Assembly: GCA_030390025.1 (NCBI GenBank)
Contig: JASTWF010000338.1
Coordinates: 1 to 64,000, forward strand
Reading direction: 5' to 3'
DNA: 64,000 bases
From: Squalus acanthias
Taxonomy: Eukaryota
Shown here: positions 24,096 to 36,400 of the stretch, piece after piece
Position numbering within the stretch: position 1 is the stretch's first letter
How the letters are laid out: each line of letters starts with the position of its first letter
The notes under the pieces: generated by a model
The model's input: the letters and a program-made list of their open reading frames with translations, nothing else
Databases searched by the model: none
What the model was told of the DNA's origin: nothing
Translations under genes and position numbers: made by a program

Positions 24096-24443
24096 TCAAG
24101 GAGACATCATTTGGAACTGGCTGAAGCTTGACACGCTGTTCCATTGATCCAGCGTGAGGACAGGTTCTTGTTTTCGTAAAGGCCTTGCCAGAAGCTCAGT
24201 TGATTCCTTCTCCATCCGCAGTGTTTTCCTCCTTCGTTGAAGTAACTCATTGATCTTTACTTGGTTTGGTTGTGGCTTTTTGCGAATCCAATTCCTGAGG
24301 CGTTGCCAAGCATCGTGTGGAGGAGTCGGCGACACTGTCTGGCTGACCGTCGTCAGTAGTTCGATCGCATCCATTTCCTGTGTCGTGCTCCAAGCTGGGT
24401 CTTGGAAAACAGTGTATGACTGCACCTTGTATTGTTCCTCCAT
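24096..24443 (-). pseudogene. env: Truncated env N-terminus overlapping the pol end
   Basis: PVLTLDQW resembles the foamy Env leader PMTLQQW; position overlapping the pol 3' end. Confidence 0.55.
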
Positions 24444-26215
24444 TTCGGTATCCCACAGGACATCTTTTTAGATTGTCTATGGAGACAGTTTTAAGAATGT
24501 GCTTCCCATTCGGCTGATTAATATGTATTTCAACAGTTCTTTCGTTAATAACGGAACGTATTTGAACAGGTTTTTTCCACTTAGGTCTTAACCCAGGTTT
24601 TTGCTCGAACTTCTTTTCCTGTACCCATTCTCCTGCTGGGGGTTGCTATGCTTTGTTTGTCATTTTTTTCTGCCGATTTGTCTCCCTTATCCTCTGATCA
24701 ATTTGATGAATCTCCTCTGTTACTTCTTTTTAAAAATCTAACTGTTGCTGTTGGGTCAAGGAATCAGAGAGTGTCGAGGCAATAAAAGAACCATGGGTAA
24801 GCGGTGTATGCATCTCAACCCCATACATCAGATAATATGGAGTTTTAGGAGACAGTGTCCCTGATGCAGATGCGGGCACATTATTATGTGATAGCTGCAC
24901 CTCCGGAATGACGGTGGTCCATTTATTTCCCCTGATTCTCAACAGTTTGACCAATAGCTTTTTCACTTCCTGGTTTTTACGTTCCACCAGCCCCGCTGAT
25001 TGCGGATGACGTGGCGTGCTGTGCTATAACCCAATCCCCCTTTGTTCGCAGTAGTCTTTGAAGACCTTGGAGACAAAGGCTCCGCCTTTAACGGAGTGTA
25101 AGATTTTGGGTGCACCAGCTACAGTAATTATGTCAGTAATAGCATTGGCGAGTGCGTTTTCTGAAACAGTTTTTGTGGGGACCAGCCAGCAGAAGGAAGT
25201 GCATCCATCTACACAAACGAGAACATGTCTGTATCCCAAAGATGGGGGAAGTGGTCCAATGAAGTCAATAAAGAATTTTCCCATTGGCTCATCAGCTTTC
25301 AGAGGAGCCAATGCTGGTGGCTTAATTAGTGATGACTTATTGGTTAAATTGAATGGCTCACAATTTGCCACATATGTTTTACAGGCCTTAAGCATGCCTG
25401 GCCACCAATATAAGGGAGTCAATTTGCAGAATGTTGTTCTGGCACCACAATGTGCTTGACCTATGCCCTATTGAGCTTCTTTTACAAGCTGTTCTCGTTT
25501 GTGTCTCGGGGGTACCTCTCGGTTTCCCTTGGGCAACTTAACTAGCACAATACCAGTAGGGGTTTCCGAGTAAAAGTACTTTGATGGATATCCTGGTGGA
25601 TTCTCTTTTGTTGGGTCCAATAGCTGAATCAGTTCCTCATCCTGATTAGCTGCCCGTTCTGCCCTAGTGATAACACTAATATTGGCAGGCCCCTCTCAAG
25701 TTTCGCTTGTTCGTCTGGAAGACTGTTTCCTTTTGAGTGCACTGTCCCAGTGGTATGCTCGTTTACATGAATCACCTGACAATTCTGTTTCTCCATCCTC
25801 GAACGGAGAATGTCTTCCCACTATGACTTATGTTTTATGGGTTTACCCTTATGATTGGTAAAGTTTGTTTGTTCCCAGAAAACTAGATCTTGGTTATATC
25901 CACTTTTACAATAGTCACTATCCGTACAGATTAGTGTGGGTTAATAGGGTCTGCCTTTTCTAAAGCATACCGTAATGCTGCGGCTTCAGCATATCGCACT
26001 GTCTTATGGCCAAGGGGTATGGACAGTAATTCTTCTGGATAAAAAGAATAGGAATCTGGAAAAGTCCCTACTACTATCCCCATCCCAGCTGAGGATTGTT
26101 GGAATGTCCCTTTTTTAATCGTCATTGACGATCCATCAAAAATTATTACTTGGTGGTAGCAACCGTTTGAATTTCCCAATAAAAAGACTTGGCCAATTTC
26201 GACAGGGTTTGCCAT
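24247..26215 (-). pseudogene. pol: Foamy-like pol remnant (RNase H + integrase), with stops and frameshifts
   Basis: DGS..AGMGIV..SIPLG..AE..ICTDS..KPIKH (RNase H); GYPSKY, YWWP, KFFIDFIGPLPPS.GY, STP.HPQSAG.VERKN, LRPKW.KP, TVSIDNLK (IN); the second catalytic Asp is Val. Confidence 0.92.
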
Positions 26216-26459
26216 TTCGTCAGGATCTAACCTCGGTTAGGATTTAATATGAACTTTATAAGAAATTTCTAGACCTCAATGGTATATTGAGGGAGTTCTG
26301 ATTTAAGTTCTACAAGGCCTGATCAGGGACTTGTCGGCTCTAGAAACTTAAATCTGGGTCTTAGTACCACTGTCAGTAAAACACTCCTTCTATACTTAAC
26401 AATCTATGAGATGGATATAGATATAAATTTAAGTATAGGGTTCTGTATCAACTCGTTAA

Positions 26460-26477
26460 CACATACATTGGGCACCA
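26460..26477 (-). promoter_or_regulatory. Primer-binding site, tRNA-Lys1,2 type
   Basis: TGGTGCCCAATGT vs canonical TGGCGCCCAACGT, 2 nt after the LTR-terminal CA as in foamy viruses. Confidence 0.8.
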
Positions 26478-26479
26478 AC

Positions 26480-27597
26480 TGAAGGGATTTTTACTAGTCC
26501 TAGCCCCTTTAGGGCTACCCCAGATCAGGCATATTTCTCAGACGTTCACTTTCAACTAAAGTTTGAGGTAGCCGAATCCTAAAGACGCTTAATTGGGTCT
26601 AAAGGTCCGAACTATCTCTCCCTAAAGGAAAGGAACAACCTGAAAATGTTACCGTCCTCCAGATAGCACTTTTAATAAGTTTAGCTAGACTGTAACGTCC
26701 CGGATATTATGAGGGTGCGGAAAACTCCCCCAGAATTCTGTAACTCTCCACCAAAGAGTGTACAGAGATTGAGTTCGCGAGTTTTTGATACGGAAGTCTT
26801 ATGTGAGACAATTCTAAAAATATATAGATTTATTAAAGAACCGACATGCAATTTACAGTTGGTGAGTCAATTGCAACATTAACAGTTCCAAAAAGAGAAA
26901 ACATTCGATCTTTTTAACAGAGAATCTTACTTTCAAATCTTAACTTCGCTACAGTATTACAGTTCTTGAAGTTCGACAGGATATCCGCCAATATCAAATA
27001 CCTTTGATCCCCGAGGTACAAAGAGTTGGAGACTACAGAGCCACCTCTGAAGCCGAGAATCGCTTTGCCCAATTAAAGCGAGTCTGTTATCCCATTTGAG
27101 AGTTCAATATTTATACCTTTTCCAGTGGTATTTCCTTTAAGGTTTTCTACTGATGCAAGCTAATTATCTCGTCATGTTTCTGCCGACCTCTGCAACTCTT
27201 ACTGCCACCTCAGCCAGATTCGTGTCTCATCTCTAGGTGTTCTAAGTTTACCATTTAAAAAACGGTGTGACGGCAGGTGTTCCTTACTTTATGTCATCTT
27301 TACGAAGGCAGATGTTCCTTATCTTATGTGCTTCTTTACGAAGTGTAAATTAGAACACCTTATTCAGGGGGAACCATTGTTTTGTTCACAAAAGTTCAGC
27401 CTGTCGGAGCCCTTCACCTTCTGTTTCAATAAGGTTATTTATTCAGGGTCAACAACTGTCTTATCTCAATAGCCAGAATGCTTTCATAGTTAGATTTCTA
27501 AATTTCCAAACCCAGTTTGTCATGTTTTAATGAGGCCAGAATTCTTTCATAAGATAGTGTATTTTTCTGAAAAGGTTATAGGGCTTATTCCTTCACA
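26480..27597 (-). repeat. 5' LTR (1118 bp) of the foamy-like provirus
   Basis: Starts TGTGA, ends TTCA; TATAAA 27115-27110; AATAAA 26834-26829; first 116 nt repeated at 23695-23810 with 6 mismatches. Confidence 0.85.
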
Positions 27598-28822
27598 GTA
27601 AGATATCCTTGCTCCTATACTCAAATCCTCTTGCAATGAAGGCCAACATACCATTTGCCTTCCTAACTGCTTGCTGCACCTGCATGTTTGCTTTCAGTGA
27701 CTGGTGTACAAGGACACCCAGGTCCCTTTGTACATCAACATTTCCCAATCTATCACCATTTAAATAATACTCTGCCTTTCTGTTTTTCCTACCGAAGTGG
27801 ATAACTTCACATTTATCCACGTTATACTGCATCTGCCATGTATTTGCCCACTCACTCAACTTGTTCAAATCGCCTTGAAGCCTCTTTGCATCCTCCTCAC
27901 AACTCACAATCCCACCTAGTTTCGTGTCGTCAGCAAACTTGGAAATATTACATTTGGTTCCCTCATCCAAATCATTGATATATATTGTGAATAGCTGGGG
28001 CCCAAGCACTGATCCCTGTGGTACCCCACTAGTCTCCACCTGCCACCCCGAAAAAGACCCATTTATTCCTACTCTCTGTTTCCTGTCTGTTAACCAATTT
28101 TCAATCCATGCCAGTATATTACCCCCAATCCCATGTGCTTTAATTTTGCACACTAACCTCTTATGTGGGACTTTATCAAAGGCCTTCTGAAAATCCAAAT
28201 ACACCACATCCACTGGTTCTCCCTTATCTATTCTACCAGTTACATTCTCAAAAAACTCCAGTAGGTTTGTCAAACACGATTTCCCTTTCATAAATCCATG
28301 TTGACTTTGTCTAATCCCGTTGATATTTTCTAAGTGTCCTGTTATCACATCCTTTATAATGGACTCTTGCATTTTCCCTACTACTGATGTTAGGCTAAAC
28401 AGTCTGTAGTTCCCGGTTTTCTCTCTCCCTCCTTTTTTAAATAGTGGGGTTACATTTGCCACCCTCCAATCTGCAGGAACTGTTCCATAATCTATAGAAT
28501 TTTGGAAGATGACAACCAATGCATCCACTATTTCCATGGTTTCCTCTTTTAGTACTCTGGGATGCAGATTATCAGGCCCTGGGGATTTATCAGCTTTCAG
28601 TCCCATTAATTTCTCCAGCACTATTTTTTTACTAACACTAATTTCCTTTAATTCCTCCTTCTCACTAGACCCTTGGTTCCCTAGCATTTTTGGGAAGTTA
28701 TTTGTGTCCTCTTCCGTGAAGACAGAACCAAAGTATTTATTTAATTGCTCTGCCATTTCCTTGTTCCCCATTATAAATTCTCCCGTTTCTGACTGTAAGG
28801 GACCTACATTTGTCTTCACTAA
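27598..28822 (-). mobile_element. CR1 RT fragment (host of the provirus insertion; 3' part missing)
   Basis: RT motifs stop abruptly at the LTR boundary. Confidence 0.9.
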
Positions 28823-29640
28823 TATTTCTGATCGAAACATTCTATGATGAAAATATCCAAGGCCAGTTGGTTGCAAACACCAGCTGTTGCTCAGTGAAAT
28901 CTCTCTCTCTCTAATGATACCAACCACATTTTCCCCGATATCGAATGAACTAAACATGAACATCTTACAGAAGCTGAATTAACCGAGGTCCATATGCCAA
29001 CACCCCTCTCATCTTCCATTCACTTCAATTGAAAGGAAACCAACAGATTGGACCAGTCAGGATTTGAAAGATATTTACAACAGATTCTAGATGTTCTCAG
29101 AGTTGGGATCTTTCTCTATTCTGTCCACTCGAGGAGTTGGATAACAGACTTTCTCCTGTGAATATAGAGCCGGGGTATTGGGCCGTGATGTGTTCACTTG
29201 TTCATCTTGTTGACTCTAAACCTTGGCCAATTATTTGATGTGATCTGTTTACTTGTACGTATTTTTTTTAAATACACTTGCTGAGTGGATTCAAATTTAA
29301 ATTGAAAGCAGGTTTGCAGGCGTGATGCTCTATTCACACATCGAAGGTGAGAGAGATGCTGTGGGACACACGCTAAGTCCAGTAGCTGAAAGTGATTAAC
29401 AGACTGGGTTTTGTGTTTAGTGATCCCGGGCGTGTTACCGAGACCTTCCCTGGATACCAAGGCTAGGAGAGGCACTCTGGAAGGTATGGGGAGCTGGGAC
29501 TTGTCCATGAGAGTAACCGAAGGTACGAGAACTGAAATAATCTCGAGTTAGAAAGGAGAAAAGGCCCAAAAATGGAGCAGTCGGTAACAGGACATCAATT
29601 AGTCTCCACTTACCTCGGAGACTTCAAATATCGACACTGT
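28823..29640 (+). pseudogene. Candidate EBLG copy 2 (G C-terminus/TM to ~29285, plus unassigned downstream sequence)
   Basis: Near-identical to 63620-64000; RSWITDFLL at 29132-29158 followed by hydrophobic GYWAVMCSL/FILLTL. Confidence 0.7.
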
Positions 29641-29788
29641 GTTATTTCAAATATCAAAATACTAAACTCCAGCCCATTTATAGGGGTTATTAACATCAGC
29701 AGAAACAAACCCCAGCTGTCAGAATGAACACGATTCAGTTCAGGATGTAATTAACAGCAGCAATAACAGCAGAATCCAACCCCTGCAG

Positions 29789-30508
29789 TCATTTGTGAAC
29801 TCGCTGGTGTCTCAGCAGGTGGGATGACTGAGTGAATCCCTTCCCACAGTCAGACTGAGTGAATCCCTTCCCACACTCAGAGCAGGTGAATGGCCTCTCC
29901 CCGGTGTGAACTCGCTGGTGTGTCAGCTGGTCGAATGACTGAGTGAATCCCTTCCCACAGTCAGAGCAGTTGAACGGCCTCTCCCCAGTGTGAACTCGCT
30001 GGTGTCTCAGGAGGTAGGATGACCGAGTGAATCCCTTCCCACACTCAGAGCAGGTGAACGGTCTCTCCCCAGTGTGAGTGCGATGATGAATTTCCAGCTC
30101 AGACGGGGAACTGAATCCCTTCCCACAGTCCCCACATTTCCACGGTTTCTCCGTGGTGCAGGTGTCCTCGTGTCTCTCCAGGTTGGATGATCAGTTGAAG
30201 CCTCGTCCACACACAGAACACGTGTACGGTTTCTCCCCGCTGTGAATGGTGCGATGTTTTTTCAGGCTGTGTAACTATTAAAGCTCTTTCCACAGTCAGT
30301 GCACTGGAACACTCTCACTCGGGTGTGTGTGTCTCGGTGCTTTTCCAGTCACACTGATGTTGGAAATCTTTTCCCAGAGACAAGCATTTCTCCTTCCACA
30401 TTCAAAGGCCGATGATATTCAGTTCCTGATGAATCGAGTGACGCTGTCAGATCTTGATGTGATGTTTGGTTTGAGTTTCCCGTCTGCAAATCCTCCCCTT
30501 CTAATACC
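29789..30508 (-). pseudogene. ZNF unit C: C2H2 exon, probably a pseudogene
   Basis: Paralog of unit B; frameshift ~30278, MEKP ATG changed to ACG, finger deletion ~29853; 3' UTR matches unit A. Confidence 0.8.
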
Positions 30509-30710
30509 CTGTAAAAGGAGTTTACAAAATCAACACATTGATGGACAGGACAGAAATTCAGAACAGACAATTCTAGTTTTGATGGAACATTCTTTCCTCT
30601 CTTGTGCCTCCAAATCCCCGTCCCACACATTGTCCCTCTTCCCTGTGCTAAAATCCAAACACATCGCATGGCTCAAGACAGTCTGTTCTCCGCTCCCAGT
30701 TTTCACCACC

Positions 30711-33428
30711 AACTCTGGCTGGGTTCAGTTCTACACTCACTGGTTCCCCTCCCTCTCCTCCCCTGAAGGTGCTGACTCTGGCTGGGTTCAGTTCCACACT
30801 CACTGGTTCCCCTCCCTCTCCTCCCCTGAAGGTGCTGACTCTGGCTGGGTTCAGTTCTACACTCACTGGTTCCCCTCCCTCTCCTCCCTGAAGGTGCTGA
30901 CTCTGGCTGGGTTCAGTTCTACACTCACTGGTTCCACTCCCTCTCCTCCCCTGAAGGTGCTGACTCTGGCTGGGTTGAGTTCCACACTCACTGGTTCCTC
31001 TCCTCCCCTGAAGGTGCTGACTCTGGCTGGGTTCAGTTCTACACTCACTGGTTCCCCTCCCTCTCCTCCCCTGAAGGTACTAACTATGGCTGGGTTCAGT
31101 TCTACACTCACTGGTTCCCCTCCCTCTCCTCCCCTGAAGGTACTAACTCTGGCTGGGTTCAGTTCTACACTCACTGGTTCCTCTCCCTCTCCTCCCCTGA
31201 AGGTGCTGACTCTGGCTGGGTTCAGTTCTACACTCACTGGTTCCCCTCCCTCTCCTCCCCTGAAGGTGCTGACTCTGGCTGGGTTCAGTTCTACACTCAC
31301 TGGTTCCCGTCCCTCTCCTCCCCTGAAGGTGCTGACTCTGGCTGGGTTCAGTTCTACACTCACTGGTTCCCCTCCCTCTCCTCCCCTGAAGGTGCTGACT
31401 CTGGCTGGGTTCAGTTCTACACTCACTGGTTCCCCTCCCTCTCCTCCCCTGAAGGTGCTGACTCTGGGGAAATGGCAGACACCCTGAACAAATATTTTGT
31501 ATCTGTCTTCACGGTAGAAGACACTAACAATATCCCAATAATGGATAATCAAGGGGCCACAGGGAGGGGGGATCTAAAGACAATCACTATCACTGAGGAA
31601 ATAGTACTTGGTAAAATAATGGGACTAAAAGACGACAAGTCCCTTGGAGCAGATGGCCTACATCCCAGGGTCTTAAAAGAAGTGGCTGCAGAGATAGTGG
31701 ATGCATTGGTTGCAATATACCAAAATTCCCTGGACTTTGGAGAGGTCCCAGCGGATTGCAAAACCGCAAATGTAACACCCCTATTTAAGAAAGGAGGGAG
31801 ACAGACAGCAGGAAACTATAGACCAGTTAGCCTAACATCTGTTGTTGGGAAAATGCTGGAGTCCTCCATTAGGGAAGCAGTAGCAGGGCATTTGGAAAAT
31901 CATAATGCAGTCAAGCAGAGTCAGCATGGTTTTATGAAAGGGAAATCATGTTTAACAAACTTGCTGGAGTTCTTTGAGGATGTAACGAGCAGGGTGGACA
32001 AAGGTGAGCCAGTGGATGTGGTGTATTTGGATTTCCAGAAGGTATTCGATAAGGTGCCACATAAAAGGTTACTGCATAAGATAAGAGCTCACGGAACTGG
32101 GGGTAATATATTAGCATGGATAGAGAATTGGCTAACTAACAGAAAGCAGAGAGTCAGGATAAATGGATCATTTTCCGGTTGGCAAACGGTAACTAGTGGG
32201 GTGCCACAGGGATTGGTGCTGGTACCTCAACTATTTATAATCTACATTAATGACTTGGATGAAGGGACCGAGTGTAATGTAGTCAAGTTTGCAGATGATA
32301 CAAAGATGGGCGGGAAAGCAAGTTGTGCAGAGGACTCAAAGAATCTGCAGAGGGATATAGACAGGCTAAATGAGTGGGCAAACATTTGGCAGATGGAGTA
32401 TAATGTGGGGAAGTGCGAGGTTATACACTTTGGCAGGAAAATTGGAAAAGCAAACTATTATTTAAATGGAGATTACAAAATGCTACAGTTCAGAGGGACC
32501 TGGGGGTCCTTGTGCATGAAGCACAAAAAGTTAGCATGCAGGTAAAGCAAGAAATCAAAAAGGCAAATGGAATGTTGGCCTTTATTCAAGGGGGTTGGTG
32601 TATAAAAGCAGGGAAGTCCTGCTACAACTGTACAGGGTATTGGTGAGACCACACCTTGAGCACTGTGTACAGTTTTGGTCTCCTTATTTAAGGAAGGATA
32701 TACTTGCATTGGAGGCAGTTCAGAGACGATTCACTAGGTTAATTCCAGAGATGAGGGGTTTGACTTATGAGGAAAGGTTGAGCAGTCTGGGCCTATACTC
32801 ATTGGAATTTAGAAGAATGAGAGGTGATCTTATTGAAACAAAAAAGGTACTGAGGGGGCTCGACAGGTTAGATGCAGAGAAGATGTTTCCCCTCATGGGG
32901 AAATCTAGAACTCGGGGGCACAGTCTCAGAATAAAGGGTCGCCCTTTTAGAACTGAGATGAAGAGGAATTTCTTCTCTCAGAGCGTCGTAAATCTGTGGA
33001 ATTCTCTGCCCCAGAGAGCTGTGGAGGCTGGGTCATTAAATACATTTAAGGTGGAGATAGACAGATTTTTACAAGATAAGGGAGTGAAGGGTTATGACTG
33101 CCTGGGTTCAGTTCCACACTCACTGGTTCCCCTCCCTCTCCTCCCCTGAAGGTGCTGACTCTGGCTGGGGTCAGTTCTACACTCACTGGTTCCCCTCCCT
33201 CTCCTCCCCTGAAGGTGCTGACTCTGGCTGGGGTCAGTTCTACACGCACTGGTTCCCCTCCCTCTCCTCCCCTGAAGGTGCTGACTCTGGCTAATTCAGT
33301 TCACTCACTGGTTCCCCTCCCTCTCCTCCCCTGAAGGTGCTGACTCTGGCTGGGTTCAGTTCTACACTCACTGGTTCCCCTCCCTCTCCTCCCCTGAAGG
33401 TGCTGACTCTGGCTAATTCAGTTCTACA
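30711..33428. repeat. Expanded 63-bp minisatellite (30711-31467 and 33097-33428), split by a CR1
   Basis: Same unit as 18703-18985, ~17 copies. Confidence 0.95.
31468..33096 (+). mobile_element. CR1 RT fragment lacking its 3' tail
   Basis: ORFs 31472-32545 and 32595-33096; ends at aagggttatg. Confidence 0.9.
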
Positions 33429-36400
33429 TTCACTTGACGAAGGAGCAGCGCTCCGAAACCTTGTGATTTCAAATAAAGCTGTTGGACTATAACCTGGTGT
33501 TCCTCTTTTTGGTTGGACAGAACCCAAATTAACTGTAAATCAATTAAAACTTTAAATGAAACTTAATAAATCAAACTAAAGTTTGGAAGTCCGGGGTGAC
33601 GATGCACTCCAGTCCCCGCGGCGCCCACCGGTCGCGGAAAAACTCAAGCGTGCCGGCGGACACCGCGTGCTCCATCTCCAGGGCCACCCGGGCGCGAACA
33701 TGGCCGCGGAAGAGAGGCAGGCAATCGGGCCGAACGACCCCCTCGACCGCCCGCTGCCTGGACCAATTAATGGCTTTCTTGGCCAGGCCCAGGAGCAGTC
33801 CTACGAGGAGGTCCTCCGACCTACCCGCTCCCCTCCGCACCGGGTGACCGTAGACCAGGAGCGTGGGGCTGAAGTGCAACCAGAAATTGAGGAGCAGCCC
33901 CTTCAAATAATGAAAGAGGGGCTGCAACCTCTCACATTCAATATAAATGTGAAAGACGGACTCCTCCAGGCCGCAGAAATGGCAAGCAGCCTGGGAGTCC
34001 GTAAACCTATTTAAGATCCTATTGCACGGGACTGCTCCGTGCAACACCCTCCAGGCCAAGTCCCCAATAGAACAAGGGAAGACTCCCGCGTAGAGAGCCT
34101 TCCAATGGGGACCTTCGCCTCCGCCGGATGGCAGGATGGTACGCCAAGGCGTGTCCGGACGGCAGACGAAGATGGCAAAGTGGAGAGTGTGCAGGAGCAG
34201 CCCATACAGGAAACGCCTCCGTGCGGATTGAAAGGGCACGGAGGGCATTTCTCCGAGAAGGCTCAAGTGGTGAGGCGGCGACTCCCGAGGGAGGATTCGG
34301 GGCCAGGCGCCGATAAGGAATTCCGTCCGAACGGGGGTCAGTTCGGACGGCATCGCCCCACGTGCCTGAGCCTCCTCGACACACCTAGTGGAGACGGGGC
34401 CCAGTGCCACTTTTAGCGACTCGATGGCTTTGACCGCGAGCCGGACGTTGACCCAGGACATGCGCCTCGCCAACTCCTCCGGCGCCATCCAGCCCGCTCC
34501 TCCGCCATCGAGCAGGTCCCCGACTCTGGTCACCTTACCGGGCACAGCCCTGCCCTCCGCCAGCCAGCCGAACCCGCGGTCGTGGAGGTGCGGATTCCTG
34601 AACAGCGGCTCCCGAAGGACGGCCGCCGCTCCTGACGGGGGAGAACTGCGCTCGGAGGCGACGCTGTTCCAAACCCATAGCAGTTCCTGGTAGAAGACAG
34701 GCAGCTCCCGCAGGCTGGCACGCGTGCCACCCACTCTCACAAACAGGAGCTGCGTGTCGTAATTGAGGCCGTGCAGCTGGCGGAAGAAATACGTCGCCAG
34801 CGCACGCCACCTAGGAGGATTCTCCACGTACAGGTATCTCTGCAGCGTCTGAAGACGGAAAGTCGCCGCCTGGGTGCGAAGGCACACCAGCGCCTGACCG
34901 CCCTCCCCAAGCGGGAGACTCAAAACCGCGGCAGAGACCCAGTGCTTCCTTTTGTCCCAGAAGAAGTCGACGAGCTTCTTCTGCATCTTGGCGACAAACG
35001 CAGGGGGAGGGATCAAAGTGAGCAACCGGTACCACAACATGGCGGCCACCAGCTGGTTTATGACCAGCGCTCGACCCCTGTAGGACAACACTCGGAGCAA
35101 TCCTGTCCAGCGCCCTAGGCGAGCGGTGACTTTGGCCTCCAGCTCTTGCCAGTTCGCCGGCCAGGCGTCCTCGGCCGGGCTGAGGTAGACTCCCAGGTAG
35201 AGGAGGTGCGTGGTGCTCCAGGCGAAAGGCCCGAACTCCTCCGGCAGGGAGTCCACCCGCCATGGGCCCACCAGGAGTCCAGAACATTTCTCCCAGTTGA
35301 TCTTGGCGGAGGATGCGTCCGAGTAAATCTGCTGGCATTCTCGCATCCTCCGCAAGTCGACGGGATCCGTGACCGCGAGGAGCACGTCATCGGCGTAAGC
35401 CGAGAGGACCACCTCCACGCCCGGCCCTTGCAGAGCCAGTCCCATCAACCTCTTCCGCAAGAGGCGCAGGAAAGGCTCCACGCAAACGGCGTATAACTGA
35501 CCGGACATGGGGCATCCCTGACGCACCCCCCTCCCGAAGCGAAGGGGCGCCGTCAAAGACCCGTTAACTTTAATCAGACACTCCGCGGCGGCGTACAGAA
35601 GTCGGATCCGGGCGACGAAATGCGTCCCGAACCCGAATGCGCGCAGAGTCCCGAAAAGATACTCGTGATCCACCCTGTCGAACGCCTTCTCCTGATCTAG
35701 GGAAAGGAAGGCGACCGACAGACCAGCCCTCTGGGAATGGTGGACCAGGTCCCGGACCAGATGGATGTTGTCGTGGATTGTCCGGCCCGGGACCGTGTAG
35801 GACTGGTCGGGGTGGATCATGCGGGCCAGCACGGTGCCAAGGCGAGCAGACATAGCCCTGGCGAAAATTTTGTAGTCCGTGCTGAGGAGGGAGACCGGGC
35901 GCCAGTTCTTAAGTAGGCGGAGATCGCCCTTCTTGGGCAGCAGGACGATGACCGCCCTGCGCCAAGAGAGGGGCATCTCCCCGGTCGCCAGACTTTCCCC
36001 CAGGACCCGCGCGTAGTCGTCCCCCAAAACGTCCCAGAACGCCCTGTGGAACTCCACGGTCAGCCCGTCCAGCCCCGGGCTTAGCGGAGCTTCTAAATTC
36101 TCGGCGCCCTCCGGGCCGACCTTCGGCAGGTCCTCCCACAAAACTCTGCGCGCATCCTCGCTGGACGGATCCGAAGAGAACAGAGCCCCGTAATAGGCCC
36201 GGGCCTCCGCGCTGATGCCCTCCGGATCCGAGACCAGAGATCCGTCGTCGGCCAGCAGCCCCAAGAGCTGCTTACGGACCCCCCGTCTTTTTTCCAGCGA
36301 GTAGAAGAAGGGGGAGCCGCGGTCCAGGTCCCGCAGGAACTGGATCCGCGACCTCACGTACGCGCCTCAGGACCCGACCAGCTGCAGGTCCTTCAGCGCG

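Larger units (their letters stand above)
23695..27597 (-). mobile_element. Endogenous foamy (spumaretrovirus)-like provirus, internally deleted, 3' LTR truncated
   Basis: 5' LTR 27597-26480 (TG...CA); PBS tggtgcccaatgt; RNase H, IN and env start; PPT aagagtgggg; 3' LTR remnant 23810-23695. Confidence 0.9.

Noticed and set aside
26690..26700. Alternative LTR end at tgtaac
   Set aside because: Not followed by a PBS; the end at 26480 is
27593..28963. 456-aa ORF as a novel fusion protein
   Set aside because: Chance read-through from antisense EBLG sequence into a truncated CR1 RT
30327..31552. 386-aa and 229-aa repeat ORFs (also 18565-19083)
   Set aside because: Translations of the 63-bp minisatellite and antisense ZNF exon
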